Of a stretch of 60,476 nucleotides of DNA, positions 8,309 to 18,305 are shown one piece after another. Positions within the stretch are counted from its first letter, which is position 1; the number at the start of each line of letters is the position of its first letter. The notes under the pieces are model-generated. The model made no database searches. It saw nothing but the letters and a program-made list of their open reading frames with translations, and was not told where the DNA came from. Source of the DNA: a virus (Duplodnaviria; Caudoviricetes); IMG/VR virus record IMGVR_UViG_3300048996_000064, positions 1 to 60,476 of that record; one strand, written 5' to 3'. Made by a program: the position numbers and the translations under genes.

Positions 8309-8941
8309 ATGGCAATTAATGCAACAAACAGCGGCGTAGTAAGGGAGCTCATTCCCGTAGGAAATTATATCGCTCGCTGTTACCAGATGATCGAGATCGG
8401 GACAGTAGTTGAGTTTGTAATGGGAAAACAGGTTACAGCAAAGAAGGTACGTATAGGCTGGGAACTGCCTACTGAATTAAAAGTATTCAAGGAAGAACAC
8501 GGGGAACAGCCTTTGGTAATTTCTAAGGAATACACACTATCAATGAACGAAAAAGCCAACCTCCGCAAGGATCTGAAAAGCTGGCGCGGGAAAGACTTCA
8601 CCGAGGACGAGGCAAAGTGTTTTGATATTACAAAACTGCTTGGTGTCCCCTGTATGCTCAACATCATTCACAAACCAAAGGTGAGCGACCCTACATCTAT
8701 TTATGAACAGATTGCGGGGATTACAGGTATTCCCAAAGGATTAAATGTTCCAAAAGCAATACTGCCGCTGTTTGAATTGAGCTTTGATTCATTCAACCGA
8801 CAGATGTTTGATACCCTTCCTGACTTCATTAAAACAAAAATGCACAGCTCGTTGGAGTACGTTGCTATGATGAATCCAGGTCACAACGAAATCGTTGACG
8901 CAAGGAGTATAACTGAACCAATCGATGACCTGCCATTTTAG
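8309..8941 (+). CDS. Phage single-stranded DNA-binding/replication protein
   Basis: OB-like beta-rich N-terminus (GNYIARCYQMIEIGT); acidic C-terminal DDLPF tail typical of SSBs. Confidence 0.6.
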   Translation: MAINATNSGVVRELIPVGNYIARCYQMIEIGTVVEFVMGKQVTAKKVRIGWELPTELKVFKEEHGEQPLVISKEYTLSMNEKANLRKDLKSWRGKDFTEDEAKCFDITKLLGVPCMLNIIHKPKVSDPTSIYEQIAGITGIPKGLNVPKAILPLFELSFDSFNRQMFDTLPDFIKTKMHSSLEYVAMMNPGHNEIVDARSITEPIDDLPF

Positions 8942-8946
8942 TAACA

Positions 8947-9114
8947 GTGAAAAAGAGAAAGTGCAGAAAGTGCGGGGATGATAAGCCGTTAAGAAGATTT
9001 TACAGGGATAAAACCAGAACGGATAAACTCAGAAGTAATTGTAAAGATTGCATGAAAGACAAAGCCAATGAACGATACCGGGAAAAAACGCGTGGAGAGT
9101 TTATGTACTTCTGA
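8947..9114 (+). CDS. Small zinc-finger protein (55 aa; not in ORF track)
   Basis: GTG start; KCRKCGDDKPLRRFYRDK...SNCKDC. Confidence 0.5.
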   Translation: MKKRKCRKCGDDKPLRRFYRDKTRTDKLRSNCKDCMKDKANERYREKTRGEFMYF

Positions 9115-9508
9115 GATAAACACCGGAAAAGTTTGTCCTTATTGCGGGAGCAAAACACAGTTCGTTGACAGTGTGGTTATATACGGTAAGAGTTACGGCA
9201 TGGTGTATTTGTGTGAGCCGTGTAAAGCATGGGTAGGTGTTCATAAAGGAACAGATAAAGCTCTGGGAAGATTAGCGAATGAAGAACTGAGAGAGTGGAA
9301 AAAGAAAGCCCATGATTTATTTGATGAACTCTGGATGCGAAAAGTCGGACAAGGATTCAGTTATAGAAATGCCCGCACTCTTGCTTACAAGTGGCTATCA
9401 GATCAGATGAAGATACGAGTAGATCAAACACACATCGGAATGTTTGATGTTGACCGGTGTAAAAATGTAGTTGAATTATGCAGCAAATATTGCAACCGGA
9501 TAACCTGA
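9068..9508 (+). CDS. DUF3268-like zinc-finger protein
   Basis: CPYCG...YLCEPCKAWVGVHKGT..ALGRLAN..LR..K..AH..FD..W; HIGMFD. Confidence 0.8.
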   Translation: MNDTGKKRVESLCTSEINTGKVCPYCGSKTQFVDSVVIYGKSYGMVYLCEPCKAWVGVHKGTDKALGRLANEELREWKKKAHDLFDELWMRKVGQGFSYRNARTLAYKWLSDQMKIRVDQTHIGMFDVDRCKNVVELCSKYCNRIT

Positions 9509-9657
9509 GTGATGCCTATCACCTTCAAATCGAAGCAGAGCTTGAAGCAAGACTACTGTTAGCGGGTGGGGATCGTTCGGTCATCCTTGCAACAGAAGAT
9601 GTGATAAACGGGAAAAGCATTATTGTAATCACAGAAATAAAATAAAACCCAAAACCA

Positions 9658-9900
9658 ATGGAGTACAGACACAACGGAAATCCCCGCCACAACCAGGGAA
9701 GCTATGGCTGGAAGCCAAATGTTCCCTGTCTCAAAAAACCAGTTATCACAGGACAAAAGAAAATAGGAGGTAAAAAACATTATACAGGTGAAGGAGGTAA
9801 GGTATATGAAGCAGTAGCCTTTGATAAAATGTTCAATACTCCGGGTGGAATAGTGAAGCCAAATAAAACAAAGTACGTGAGGGATAGGATACTTTATTAA
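9658..9900 (+). CDS. Hypothetical phage protein
   Basis: Basic 80-aa ORF after an AT-rich leader. Confidence 0.45.
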   Translation: MEYRHNGNPRHNQGSYGWKPNVPCLKKPVITGQKKIGGKKHYTGEGGKVYEAVAFDKMFNTPGGIVKPNKTKYVRDRILY

Positions 9901-9936
9901 GCAACCAATTTTTTAACTCAAATAAATAATAACTAG

Positions 9937-10356
9937 ATGAAACCCGGTCAAATAATTTCTGTTACGACAATCATATTAGTTCTGTTTTCTGGCCTGATAG
10001 TTCTCGGGATGTGGGGCTGCCCCCATTACAAAGTTTATCAACAACGAAAGGAAGGTGAGGCAATGCTGGCACATGCAACCGCTTCAAAGGAAGTTGCCGT
10101 AGCTGAGGCAAAAGCTAAAATGGAATCTGCTTCTTTACTTGCACAGGCGGATACAATCCGCGCTCATGGAGTTGCAAGATCAAATCAGATCATCGGTGCA
10201 TCATTAAAAGGAAATCCGGAATACCTGCATTGGCTTTGGATTGATAACATAGAAAAGAATCCTCAGGCAGTTATCTATGTTCCCACAGAAGCAAACTTGC
10301 CAATTATGGAAGCTACCAGATTTCAAAACAAACCCGCTCAAACTGAAGTCAAATAA
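9937..10356 (+). CDS. Single-TM SPFH/band-7-like membrane protein
   Basis: TM segment, then AEAKAK..AQADTIRAHGVARSNQIIG.SL...YL.WLWI...VIYVPTEANLPI. Confidence 0.65.
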   Translation: MKPGQIISVTTIILVLFSGLIVLGMWGCPHYKVYQQRKEGEAMLAHATASKEVAVAEAKAKMESASLLAQADTIRAHGVARSNQIIGASLKGNPEYLHWLWIDNIEKNPQAVIYVPTEANLPIMEATRFQNKPAQTEVK

Positions 10357-10359
10357 GTA

Positions 10360-10704
10360 ATGTCAGCCATCCAATTAAATATCCTTCAAGCAACAGAAGC
10401 AAAAGATAAAGGCATACAGAAAGCAATTACTCATGCCAATGAAGTAGTACCCGACTGGTCAGATAAAGCCTATGCAATGCTTGTTGAATGGTTAAAGGAT
10501 TGGCCGAAAGGATTTACGTTCATGATTGAAGATTTTCGCAAGATATGCCAGATTAAAAAATTACCCGATCCTCCAACGGCAAGAGCGTTTGGCGCAATAG
10601 CAGTGAGAGCAAAAATTGCAGGACTGATTAAATCCAACGGGCAGAAACCAACAACAGGTAGTACTGGTCACGGATGCTATGCAAATCAATGGATGAAAGT
10701 ATGA
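10360..10704 (+). CDS. Hypothetical phage protein
   Basis: P..RAFGAI..RA...GLI motif; packed in operon. Confidence 0.55.
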   Translation: MSAIQLNILQATEAKDKGIQKAITHANEVVPDWSDKAYAMLVEWLKDWPKGFTFMIEDFRKICQIKKLPDPPTARAFGAIAVRAKIAGLIKSNGQKPTTGSTGHGCYANQWMKV

Positions 10705-11492
10705 AGATCAACGAAAAAAATACTGCCCTTGGCTTACTAGATGATATGAGCCCTCAGGCCTTCAGGATATGCGAAGATGCCGAACATTCTCCTCAGCAAT
10801 ATAAAACAGCTTTAGGATTAAGCATTGTAAGAGAGTGGCCTAAGATAGTTGATAGGTTTAAGAATAAAATCCAATATATAAGTGACCCGTTTCACAGTGC
10901 TTATATAGAAGCCCAAAGTAAATTAGTCTCTGTAATTGATGCCGAAGAAATAGATGAATCAGGAACTTTTATTAGCCGCTCTTCTCCTAGTGAAACCAAC
11001 ACCATTTTTTATGACATAAGGTCGGAAGGTAAAAGAGAAAATTTTAAGCTGACAGCGGTAATATTCTTCTTTACCAAAGAAACAACCAGAGATAAGCCTG
11101 CCTTAGCCATGTATGTTCAAAGGAATAGTAAGGGGATTAAAAGCTTTTTCTCTGAAACGGCGACCAACAACGACTTAGATAACATGAAGGTCGTATCAGA
11201 TATTTTCACACTTCTGCTATTCATTAAGTATTGTGACCTGGAAACCAAGCTCATTAAACCCAAGAGTAAAGAGCTTCACATTGGAACTAAATATCTCAAT
11301 GAAACAAATCACAAAATAGAAGTTCTGGATTCTACATGGTTTACAACTATCGTAAGAAGTGATGGCTTTAAGGTCAGAGGACACTTTAGATTGCAAGCAC
11401 ACGGCGAAGGTTTGCAGCAAAGAAAACTTATTTGGATTAGTGATTTTGAAAAATCAGGATACACAAGAACAGCAAAAGTTTTAAATCAATGA
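10701..11492 (+). CDS. Hypothetical phage protein
   Basis: C-terminal VRGHFRLQ..G....KLIWI..F.K motif; ATG 10701 overlaps the upstream stop. Confidence 0.6.
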   Translation: MKINEKNTALGLLDDMSPQAFRICEDAEHSPQQYKTALGLSIVREWPKIVDRFKNKIQYISDPFHSAYIEAQSKLVSVIDAEEIDESGTFISRSSPSETNTIFYDIRSEGKRENFKLTAVIFFFTKETTRDKPALAMYVQRNSKGIKSFFSETATNNDLDNMKVVSDIFTLLLFIKYCDLETKLIKPKSKELHIGTKYLNETNHKIEVLDSTWFTTIVRSDGFKVRGHFRLQAHGEGLQQRKLIWISDFEKSGYTRTAKVLNQ

Positions 11493-11701
11493 ATACCGAA
11501 CAACAACTGCTTACCGAAGCAACCAACGAAATCAAGAACCTCAGAAAAGAAAATGAGTTAATGAAAGCAAGGCTTTCAATGTTTGACAGCATTATGATGA
11601 TGCTACATACAAATCCTGCCTATCCTGGACAGGGAATGTCACCGGATTTGGTTTATACAATTTAAAAGCATTTAGAATCAACCCAAGATTAAACAATCAA
11701 T

Positions 11702-11956
11702 ATGAAAAATAAAATTCCAAAGCCTCAGCCGCCTATTATCAAGAACGATAAAGAAAATCCTATCCCCGTAGAAGTAATAGCAGAAGCCATTATACAGGTA
11801 GCAAAAGGATTTCAAGCCATGAGAAATTCAAAACTTTCCAGAAGGGCTATAATTCTTTTGATCAAAGATTCCTGCCCCGGCAATCCGGCAATTTCAGACA
11901 TCAGTAATATTCTTGATTCTGCTGCAAGTCTGGATAAAAAATATATTAAACAATAG
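11702..11956 (+). CDS. Hypothetical phage protein
   Basis: 84-aa ORF in operon. Confidence 0.5.
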   Translation: MKNKIPKPQPPIIKNDKENPIPVEVIAEAIIQVAKGFQAMRNSKLSRRAIILLIKDSCPGNPAISDISNILDSAASLDKKYIKQ

Positions 11957-11964
11957 TAGTTACC

Positions 11965-12471
11965 ATGACATCCAGAGAGGAACTAATAAAACGTACACAG
12001 GATGCCCGTATTCCCAAAAAGAAGCCGGAGCAAAAGCCTATAGCAAAGCAATCTGAGAAAAAGAAAAAAGAAATATCAGAAGCAAAGAAAGTGGGAACAG
12101 ATGAGGCGCTCGATCAATTCTTTGAATCAGCCAGGAAAAAAATGTCAGGGGTTTGCCAGTGCGGTTGCACACAAAAGTCACAGAAGCATGACGATACCTT
12201 TTACCGCTTTTGTGTCTGCCACATATTCCCTAAAAGAATATTTAGAAGCATAGAAACACATCCACTCAACTGGGTAGAGAGAACATTTTGGGGTGGTCAT
12301 CACACAAACTTTGATGAACAGGGCATGGATAAGTGGCCAATGTATGCAGACTGGGATGATATAAAAGAGAAATTCCATGTCCTGGTGCCACTGTTAACTG
12401 AGGAAGAAAGAACAACAAAGTTTTATTCTATTCTTGAAGCACTAGTATATAATAAGGAGACCAACATATGA
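11965..12471 (+). CDS. NinG/HNH-like nuclease
   Basis: CQCGC...CHIFPK...HPLN...HH pattern after a basic N-terminus. Confidence 0.45.
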   Translation: MTSREELIKRTQDARIPKKKPEQKPIAKQSEKKKKEISEAKKVGTDEALDQFFESARKKMSGVCQCGCTQKSQKHDDTFYRFCVCHIFPKRIFRSIETHPLNWVERTFWGGHHTNFDEQGMDKWPMYADWDDIKEKFHVLVPLLTEEERTTKFYSILEALVYNKETNI

Positions 12472-12689
12472 CATTTGAAGAAGTATTAAAAGCTTGTGCC
12501 ATTGGTGAAATGCCAAAGGTAAAAGACTCGGTCGGAAGAGTGGGTCAAGTAATAACCATTAAGAATGGGGACGGTTATCATGGTATCGCTGTCTTGTTCG
12601 ATGATCAGAATTGGGCAGACTGGTTCCGGGCAGGTGATGATACTGATAGGCGAAGAAAATACATGAGAGACTTGACCCTTAATGATTAA
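12468..12689 (+). CDS. Hypothetical phage protein
   Basis: ATGA-coupled 73-aa ORF. Confidence 0.5.
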   Translation: MTFEEVLKACAIGEMPKVKDSVGRVGQVITIKNGDGYHGIAVLFDDQNWADWFRAGDDTDRRRKYMRDLTLND

Positions 12690-12864
12690 AAACTGTTTCG
12701 CATGACTTGCGAAAAACCCCTGTAAAGTGAAAACCTCGATTGATCAGACGAGGGAGAAAAATGAAGATCAAACCCCGGTCGGCAAATATTCCAGGTAAGT
12801 TTTAATTGTATTGTTGGTAAAAAGGGGGCCGGGGTAAAATGATAATAATTGAAAGCAATATATA

Positions 12865-13581
12865 ATGGCGGTTAGGTTACATAATACCGATTGCATGAAG
12901 TTTATGAACGCTTTGCCAGATAAGGTATTCGATTTGGCAATTGTAGATCCTCCCTATGGTATCAATGCGCCTAACATGCAAATGGGGTCGGCTCCCAATC
13001 GTTCAAGAACGGATGGTTATGGCTCTGGCCCGGCTATTAGTAGTGCTGTAAGGTTAAAGGGTAGGTTAAACCAGTGGTCTGGCAAACTCAAAAACAGGGC
13101 ACTCAATACCATGAATTGTGACTGGGATACTGCTAAACCAAATCCGGAATACTTTAAAGAGCTTTTGAGGGTTTCAAAGAATCAAATTATATGGGGAGGC
13201 AACTACTTTGATCTTCCTCCAACCCGCTGTATAATATGCTGGGATAAAATGCAACCTTGGGAAAACTTCAGTCAGTGGGAAATGGCTTGGACCTCCTTTG
13301 ACAAACCTGCAGCCATCTTCCGTTATTCTAACACGGGGGGGGCAAATACAGAGAAAAAAATACATCCCACACAGAAACCGGTAGCCTTATACGCGTGGTT
13401 ATTGAAAAAGTTTGCAAGTCCGGCAAGCAAAATTATCGATACACATTTAGGAAGTGGAAGCAGCGCGATAGCAGCACACAAATTAGAGTTTGATTTCGAT
13501 GGATGCGAGATCGATCAGGTTTATTATTTAGCAGCTCAAAAGAGATTTAAAGAACAAACATCAATGCCTCTTTTTGAATAA
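12865..13581 (+). CDS. DNA N6-adenine/N4-cytosine methyltransferase (beta class)
   Basis: DPPY motif IV, HPTQKP, IIDTHLGSGS motif I, GCEID. Confidence 0.9.
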   Translation: MAVRLHNTDCMKFMNALPDKVFDLAIVDPPYGINAPNMQMGSAPNRSRTDGYGSGPAISSAVRLKGRLNQWSGKLKNRALNTMNCDWDTAKPNPEYFKELLRVSKNQIIWGGNYFDLPPTRCIICWDKMQPWENFSQWEMAWTSFDKPAAIFRYSNTGGANTEKKIHPTQKPVALYAWLLKKFASPASKIIDTHLGSGSSAIAAHKLEFDFDGCEIDQVYYLAAQKRFKEQTSMPLFE

Positions 13582-13611
13582 TGTAACAACTTAAAATCTA
13601 TAAATACAATC

Positions 13612-13890
13612 ATGGCAACAAAAACAACTTCTCCCGATCGCAAACCAAAGACAAGCCCTATGAAATGGCTGAAGCTAGGTGAAGCAAAAGACCCTGAGTT
13701 TAATAAAATGGTATTCCTGTATGACTCAAAAGTTCCTAAAGTAGAGGCTGCCAATATCGGTTGGCTCAAAGCGATAGAATCAGAGATCGGTAAAAAGGTT
13801 TACAAATTCTGCATAGGGGATGATGGCGATAAGGATATTGTCAATTCCGGATTCACCCACTATGCAATAATTAAAGCACCTGTAGAGTAA
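13612..13890 (+). CDS. Hypothetical phage protein
   Basis: 92-aa ORF. Confidence 0.5.
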   Translation: MATKTTSPDRKPKTSPMKWLKLGEAKDPEFNKMVFLYDSKVPKVEAANIGWLKAIESEIGKKVYKFCIGDDGDKDIVNSGFTHYAIIKAPVE

Positions 13891-13950
13891 ATGTTAACCC
13901 TTGAAAAAGCAAAGAAGATGGCTATCCACTAACAAGATAAATTAATTCTT

Positions 13951-14718
13951 ATGGGTAAAGAGAGCGCAATACAATGGACGGATGCAAGCTGGAATATTGC
14001 AAGAGGCTGCACAAAAGTAGATGAGGATTGTAAGTTTTGCTATATGTACCGGGATAGCTTTGATAATACCCGCTATGACCCAAAGCAGATAGTAAGAACA
14101 AAAACAGTGTTTAACCTGCCGCTGAAGCTAAAGGAGCCATCTAAAATATTTACATCTTCTCTCACCGATGTTTTCCATGAAGCCATTGATGGCTATCGTA
14201 AAGAGATGTGGGATATTATAAGGAAATGTCCTCAGCATACTTTCCAGATTCTAACAAAGAGGCCAGAAAGAATTACCGATCACCTGCCGGAAGATTGGGG
14301 CGAAGGCTGGGGTAATGTTTGGCTCGGTACTTCTGTCGGAAACCCCGATGCAGTACATAGAATTGATCATCTTGAGGACGTGAAAGCAAAAACAAAGTTT
14401 ATCAGCTTTGAGCCCCTGCATAAACGGATTGATAGAATGTTTGTAGCTAACGTTGATTGGATAATTATCGGCGGGGAGAGTGGCAATGAAACTGGTAAGT
14501 ATCGGTACCGGCCATGTGAATTAGAATGGATAGAGTACATCATTGATACTTATAAATCCAATGCGAATCAAGGCACAGGTAGGCAAACGGCAATTTTTGT
14601 AAAGCAACTCGGAACACACCTCGCAAAACAATTAAAACTAAAAGACAGGCACGGCGGTGATATTGAAGAGTGGCCGGAGTATTTAAGAATAAGAGAATTT
14701 CCGATGACTCACGTATAA
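13951..14718 (+). CDS. DUF5131 (phage Gp37/Gp68, radical-SAM-like) protein
   Basis: IQWTDASWN..GCTKVDEDCKFCY, FQILTKRPER, NVWLGTSV, ISFEPL, WIIIGGESG, FVKQLG. Confidence 0.9.
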   Translation: MGKESAIQWTDASWNIARGCTKVDEDCKFCYMYRDSFDNTRYDPKQIVRTKTVFNLPLKLKEPSKIFTSSLTDVFHEAIDGYRKEMWDIIRKCPQHTFQILTKRPERITDHLPEDWGEGWGNVWLGTSVGNPDAVHRIDHLEDVKAKTKFISFEPLHKRIDRMFVANVDWIIIGGESGNETGKYRYRPCELEWIEYIIDTYKSNANQGTGRQTAIFVKQLGTHLAKQLKLKDRHGGDIEEWPEYLRIREFPMTHV

Positions 14719-14772
14719 CCCGAAAGATAAAACACCAATACTCAATTTAAAAAAACTAAGGAATAAGATCCA

Positions 14773-15162
14773 ATGGTCAACGATCATAATACTAAGCAGC
14801 GTTATAGGGACAAATTACTTGATCCGCGTTGGCAGAAGGTAAAGAACACTATCCAAATACGCGACCGCTTTACCTGCCAGAAGTGTGGATGCAAGGATAA
14901 TGCCCTCCACGTTCACCACAGGCACTATTTAACCGGCAGGGACCCTTGGGATTATCCTGAGCAGCTACTGGTCCTTCTGTGTGCAAAGTGCCATAAAGAC
15001 GAAGAGGAAGCCGCAGAGGTGATCAGGGAAATGGCTCCCGCGCTACACAACTTCGGATATTTCAATACGGAGATAAGAGACGAGATTAATAAACTAATAG
15101 AATCCAAGATGAAAGATGCCAAACAGAATGATAAGGGACTGGACGGCCAGCGAAAAGATTGA
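14773..15162 (+). CDS. HNH endonuclease-family protein
   Basis: DPRWQK...RDRFTCQKCG...LHVHH..Y....PWDY....L..LCAKCH. Confidence 0.8.
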   Translation: MVNDHNTKQRYRDKLLDPRWQKVKNTIQIRDRFTCQKCGCKDNALHVHHRHYLTGRDPWDYPEQLLVLLCAKCHKDEEEAAEVIREMAPALHNFGYFNTEIRDEINKLIESKMKDAKQNDKGLDGQRKD

Positions 15163-15826
15163 TTTGATTTCCTTCCAGGCCGAAGTTTTTTTTATACGCC
15201 TTTGCATGAAAGCGGACGATTACGGCTCCTTCCATGCAAGCCCTAAGCTCTTAAAATCGTTTTTATTCCCATTGCGTTCGGGATCAATACGAGAAACGGA
15301 CATTACCCGCTGGATGGCTGAGTGCCAAAAGGCCGGTCTGCTCTCTTTCTATAATGCCGATTCCAAACCCTATGTGAGAATAATAAATTTTGGGCAGAGG
15401 TTGCGTAATAAGAAAAACAGGTTTCCCGATCCTGCAGAAGATTTCGCGGCGAGTTGCGGCGAGTTGCGGCCTGAAGAAGAAGTAGAAATCGAAGTAGAAG
15501 TAGAAGTAGAACAACAGAGAGAACTAAAGCAGGAAGAAGTGCGCGCGCCTGACCTGTCGGGATCAAACCTGTTCCGTAAACCTAAAATCCCTACGAAACA
15601 ACAGGTTTGGGAAGTGTTTGCAGCAGCGGGAGGAACCAAAGAAATGGCGAAATCTTTTTTTGACAAATACGAAGCAACTGGTTGGTATGCAAATAATTCA
15701 CCCATTGTTCAGTATTCAGCACTTGCTCAAAAGTTTATCGACACATGGAAGCGAAACGAACAGGAGAAAAAACCTAAAGAATCCGTACCGGCATCAGCAC
15801 CGCTAAAAACCATAACGCCGCAATGA
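15116..15826 (+). CDS. Phage replication initiator
   Basis: MPNRMIR...ADDYG N-terminal wHTH type, EVEVEVE linker, helical C-terminal domain; directly upstream of the helicase. Confidence 0.75.
   Translation: MPNRMIRDWTASEKIDLISFQAEVFFIRLCMKADDYGSFHASPKLLKSFLFPLRSGSIRETDITRWMAECQKAGLLSFYNADSKPYVRIINFGQRLRNKKNRFPDPAEDFAASCGELRPEEEVEIEVEVEVEQQRELKQEEVRAPDLSGSNLFRKPKIPTKQQVWEVFAAAGGTKEMAKSFFDKYEATGWYANNSPIVQYSALAQKFIDTWKRNEQEKKPKESVPASAPLKTITPQ
15446..15511. repeat. Iteron-like tandem repeats within the initiator gene (candidate ori)
   Basis: GCGGCGAGTT x2.5 (15446-15470) followed by GAAGTA-type repeats. Confidence 0.45.
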
Positions 15827-17223
15827 ACTACACTAAAGGAATTCACTATAGCATCGATATTGAAGCATGTGTGCTTGGTGCATGTCTGCTTGAAGGCGGC
15901 GCATTCGGGAGAGTGTATGACATGCTACAGCCCGATCATTTCTACAACACAGGCAACCAGGAAGTTTACGCTACCCTGAAATCCATGTTTGAGAACGGGA
16001 TGCCGATAGACCTTGAAATTTTAATTGACAACCTTATCCGGGTTCAAAGAAAGCCGGAGCTATGCGGGGATAGTACCCCCTATTTCGTAACCCGACTTAC
16101 AAACTATGTAGTTTCTTCCGCCCATCTTGAATTTCATGGGTACATCATAAAAACAATGTGGATGGAGCGGGAAATAATTCGCCTCACGCACGGAGGCGCA
16201 GCGCTTCAGGGAAATCCGCGGCAACAGATAGCGGACCTGCACCGACAGCTACAGGCACTGCAGGAGGGCGCTGTAGAGCAGGATTGGCAGGATATGACGC
16301 AGCTAATGGTTGGCCTATACAAGAATCAGGAAAAAATGAAGCAGTCGGGAGGCATCGGAGTTCCCACGGGAATAAGAACCCTTGACCAGAAAAACGGAGG
16401 ATTTCAGAACGGGAACCTTGTTGTTGTAGGCGCAAGGCCAAGTATGGGTAAAAGCGCATTTGTAGGAGGGTTGGCTATTGAGATGGCAAAGCGCGGTAAA
16501 TCGGTTGGTATAATTTCCCTTGAGATGGCAAACAATGAGATAGCTGCAAGACTTGCTGCCTATGACACAGAAACTGATTTTAATGTCGCCTTCAGGGGTT
16601 TATATAAAGACCAGGAACAGGCTCACCGGTTATACAAAAGGATTGGTAATTCGACCTCTACACTCCCAATATATGTCAGCGATAAAACGAAAGTAAACAT
16701 CCATGAGATCCGGGCGAAGGCAGAAAAGCTAAAGAGATCTCATGGGTTGGACTGCCTTATTATCGATTACCTGCAACTTGTCAGTTCTACAGAGTATTCA
16801 AAAAACAGGAACAGGGAGAATGAAATATCTGAAATGAGCCGCGGCGCAAAGATCATGGCAAAGGAAATGGATATTCCCGTAGTCATCCTTTCACAGTTAA
16901 ACCGGGAAGTAACCAAGCGTAAGGGAGCCGACCGCTATCCCCAACTAAGTGACCTGAGAGAAAGCGGGTCATTGGAGCAGGACGCCGATGTAGTGATGTT
17001 TATTCACCGGGACTTTATGATGGGCATAGTCCAGGATGAACAAGGGTTTTCAACAGAAACACAAGCCGATCTGGTAATAAGGAAATGGAGAAATGAACTG
17101 GCAAACTTTATTATTCCCTTAGAATTTGACGGACCTAAAATGAAGTTCACAGAACGTAAGGGATTTGTGATGACAAACGTGATGCCTTCGCCTTACGAGA
17201 AAAATGATGAAGATCCCTTTTAA
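15823..17223 (+). CDS. dnaB: Replicative DNA helicase, DnaB family
   Basis: GARPSMGKS Walker A, SLEM, IIDYLQL, LSQLNR, DLRESGSLEQDAD. Confidence 0.95.
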   Translation: MNYTKGIHYSIDIEACVLGACLLEGGAFGRVYDMLQPDHFYNTGNQEVYATLKSMFENGMPIDLEILIDNLIRVQRKPELCGDSTPYFVTRLTNYVVSSAHLEFHGYIIKTMWMEREIIRLTHGGAALQGNPRQQIADLHRQLQALQEGAVEQDWQDMTQLMVGLYKNQEKMKQSGGIGVPTGIRTLDQKNGGFQNGNLVVVGARPSMGKSAFVGGLAIEMAKRGKSVGIISLEMANNEIAARLAAYDTETDFNVAFRGLYKDQEQAHRLYKRIGNSTSTLPIYVSDKTKVNIHEIRAKAEKLKRSHGLDCLIIDYLQLVSSTEYSKNRNRENEISEMSRGAKIMAKEMDIPVVILSQLNREVTKRKGADRYPQLSDLRESGSLEQDADVVMFIHRDFMMGIVQDEQGFSTETQADLVIRKWRNELANFIIPLEFDGPKMKFTERKGFVMTNVMPSPYEKNDEDPF

Positions 17224-17266
17224 CATCTACATCAAATCAACAGAGTAAAAAAACTAACTCTCATTT

Positions 17267-17836
17267 ATGAGCAAGCAATTAACAGCAGAGGAAATACTCC
17301 GCAAGCATGGTAAGATAAAGGATGATGTAGGTCGATTCAATTTCCGAAAGCATACAAATGTAACCGTCAAGCAAGCATTAGCAGCAATGGAAGAATACCG
17401 CTCTCTTGGAGTATCAGGTATGAAGTGGGTGAAGTGTTCTAAAAGATTGCCGGATAATAATACAAATCCAGCTCACATTGTTTTCAGGAATATTATTACA
17501 AACAGAGTTCTTGATATTCATTCATATTGGACAGATGAACTGCTTGAATTAAATGATGCAGATATAATCGGCAAGCCAGTTGGCACATTAATAAAAAAGG
17601 AAGGTGTAGAATGGCTTGATGAATCCCTCTCTACTATAGAAGATGGATGGATAAGTGTGGATAAGGAGTTACCTCCGAAAGATGAATTTTTTAATGGACA
17701 TTCTATCTGTGTACTTGTTTCAGATGGGAGGAAAGTGTATTCAGATATTCACTCTTTTGATTCGGGTAACTGGATAAAATTTGTTAAATCAATTACTCAC
17801 TGGCGCAAACTCCCTTTACCACCTACTAAACTATAA
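17267..17836 (+). CDS. DUF551-like modular phage protein
   Basis: WISVDKELP...ITHWRKLPLPP; the middle domain is duplicated in 19902..20834. Confidence 0.65.
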   Translation: MSKQLTAEEILRKHGKIKDDVGRFNFRKHTNVTVKQALAAMEEYRSLGVSGMKWVKCSKRLPDNNTNPAHIVFRNIITNRVLDIHSYWTDELLELNDADIIGKPVGTLIKKEGVEWLDESLSTIEDGWISVDKELPPKDEFFNGHSICVLVSDGRKVYSDIHSFDSGNWIKFVKSITHWRKLPLPPTKL

Positions 17837-17839
17837 GAT

Positions 17840-18289
17840 ATGCAAAATATTTATCCAGTAATTACTCTTTATCAACCGTGGGCTACGTGGATTATTCGTG
17901 GCTGGAAAACTATTGAAACCAGAACGCACAACAGGTTTACAAGTCTCAAAGGGAAATCAATTTTGATTCATGCGGGTCAAACAACAGATAGCGAAGCAGC
18001 AAATACTCCTTATCTGAAAGTGGGACAGATTATACAAAACCCCGATGAGGTTATCAATGGATATATTTTAGGAGCCGCTATGGTATATGATTCAAAATTG
18101 CTCACTGATGAAGATTCAAAGGCTGCGCTGATTGATTGCGGTAGTGTAATAAGATATGGCCTGTTCCTGAAAGATATTGTCAAGTTTGAAGAGCCTATCC
18201 CGGTAAAAGGTGAAATGGGTATCTGGTATTTTGATCTGGCTAAAAAAGAAAAGGTGAAGAAAGCAAACATCAATTCGTTATTCAGCTAA
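17840..18289 (+). CDS. ASCH domain protein
   Basis: TLYQPWATWIIRGWKTIETR...ILIHAG...PIPVKGEMGIW. Confidence 0.85.
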   Translation: MQNIYPVITLYQPWATWIIRGWKTIETRTHNRFTSLKGKSILIHAGQTTDSEAANTPYLKVGQIIQNPDEVINGYILGAAMVYDSKLLTDEDSKAALIDCGSVIRYGLFLKDIVKFEEPIPVKGEMGIWYFDLAKKEKVKKANINSLFS

Positions 18290-18305
18290 CAATAGAATAA
18301 ACCAA

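Noticed and set aside
11489-11692. Possible stop-codon readthrough or recoding (short ORF with TAA followed by a few more sense codons)
   Set aside because: Single instance; all major genes are intact in the standard code, so there is no evidence of genetic-code reassignment
15473-15511. CRISPR-like or microsatellite array
   Set aside because: Short 6-bp repeats encoding an EVEVEVE linker; no spacers. No CRISPR array was seen anywhere in the window.
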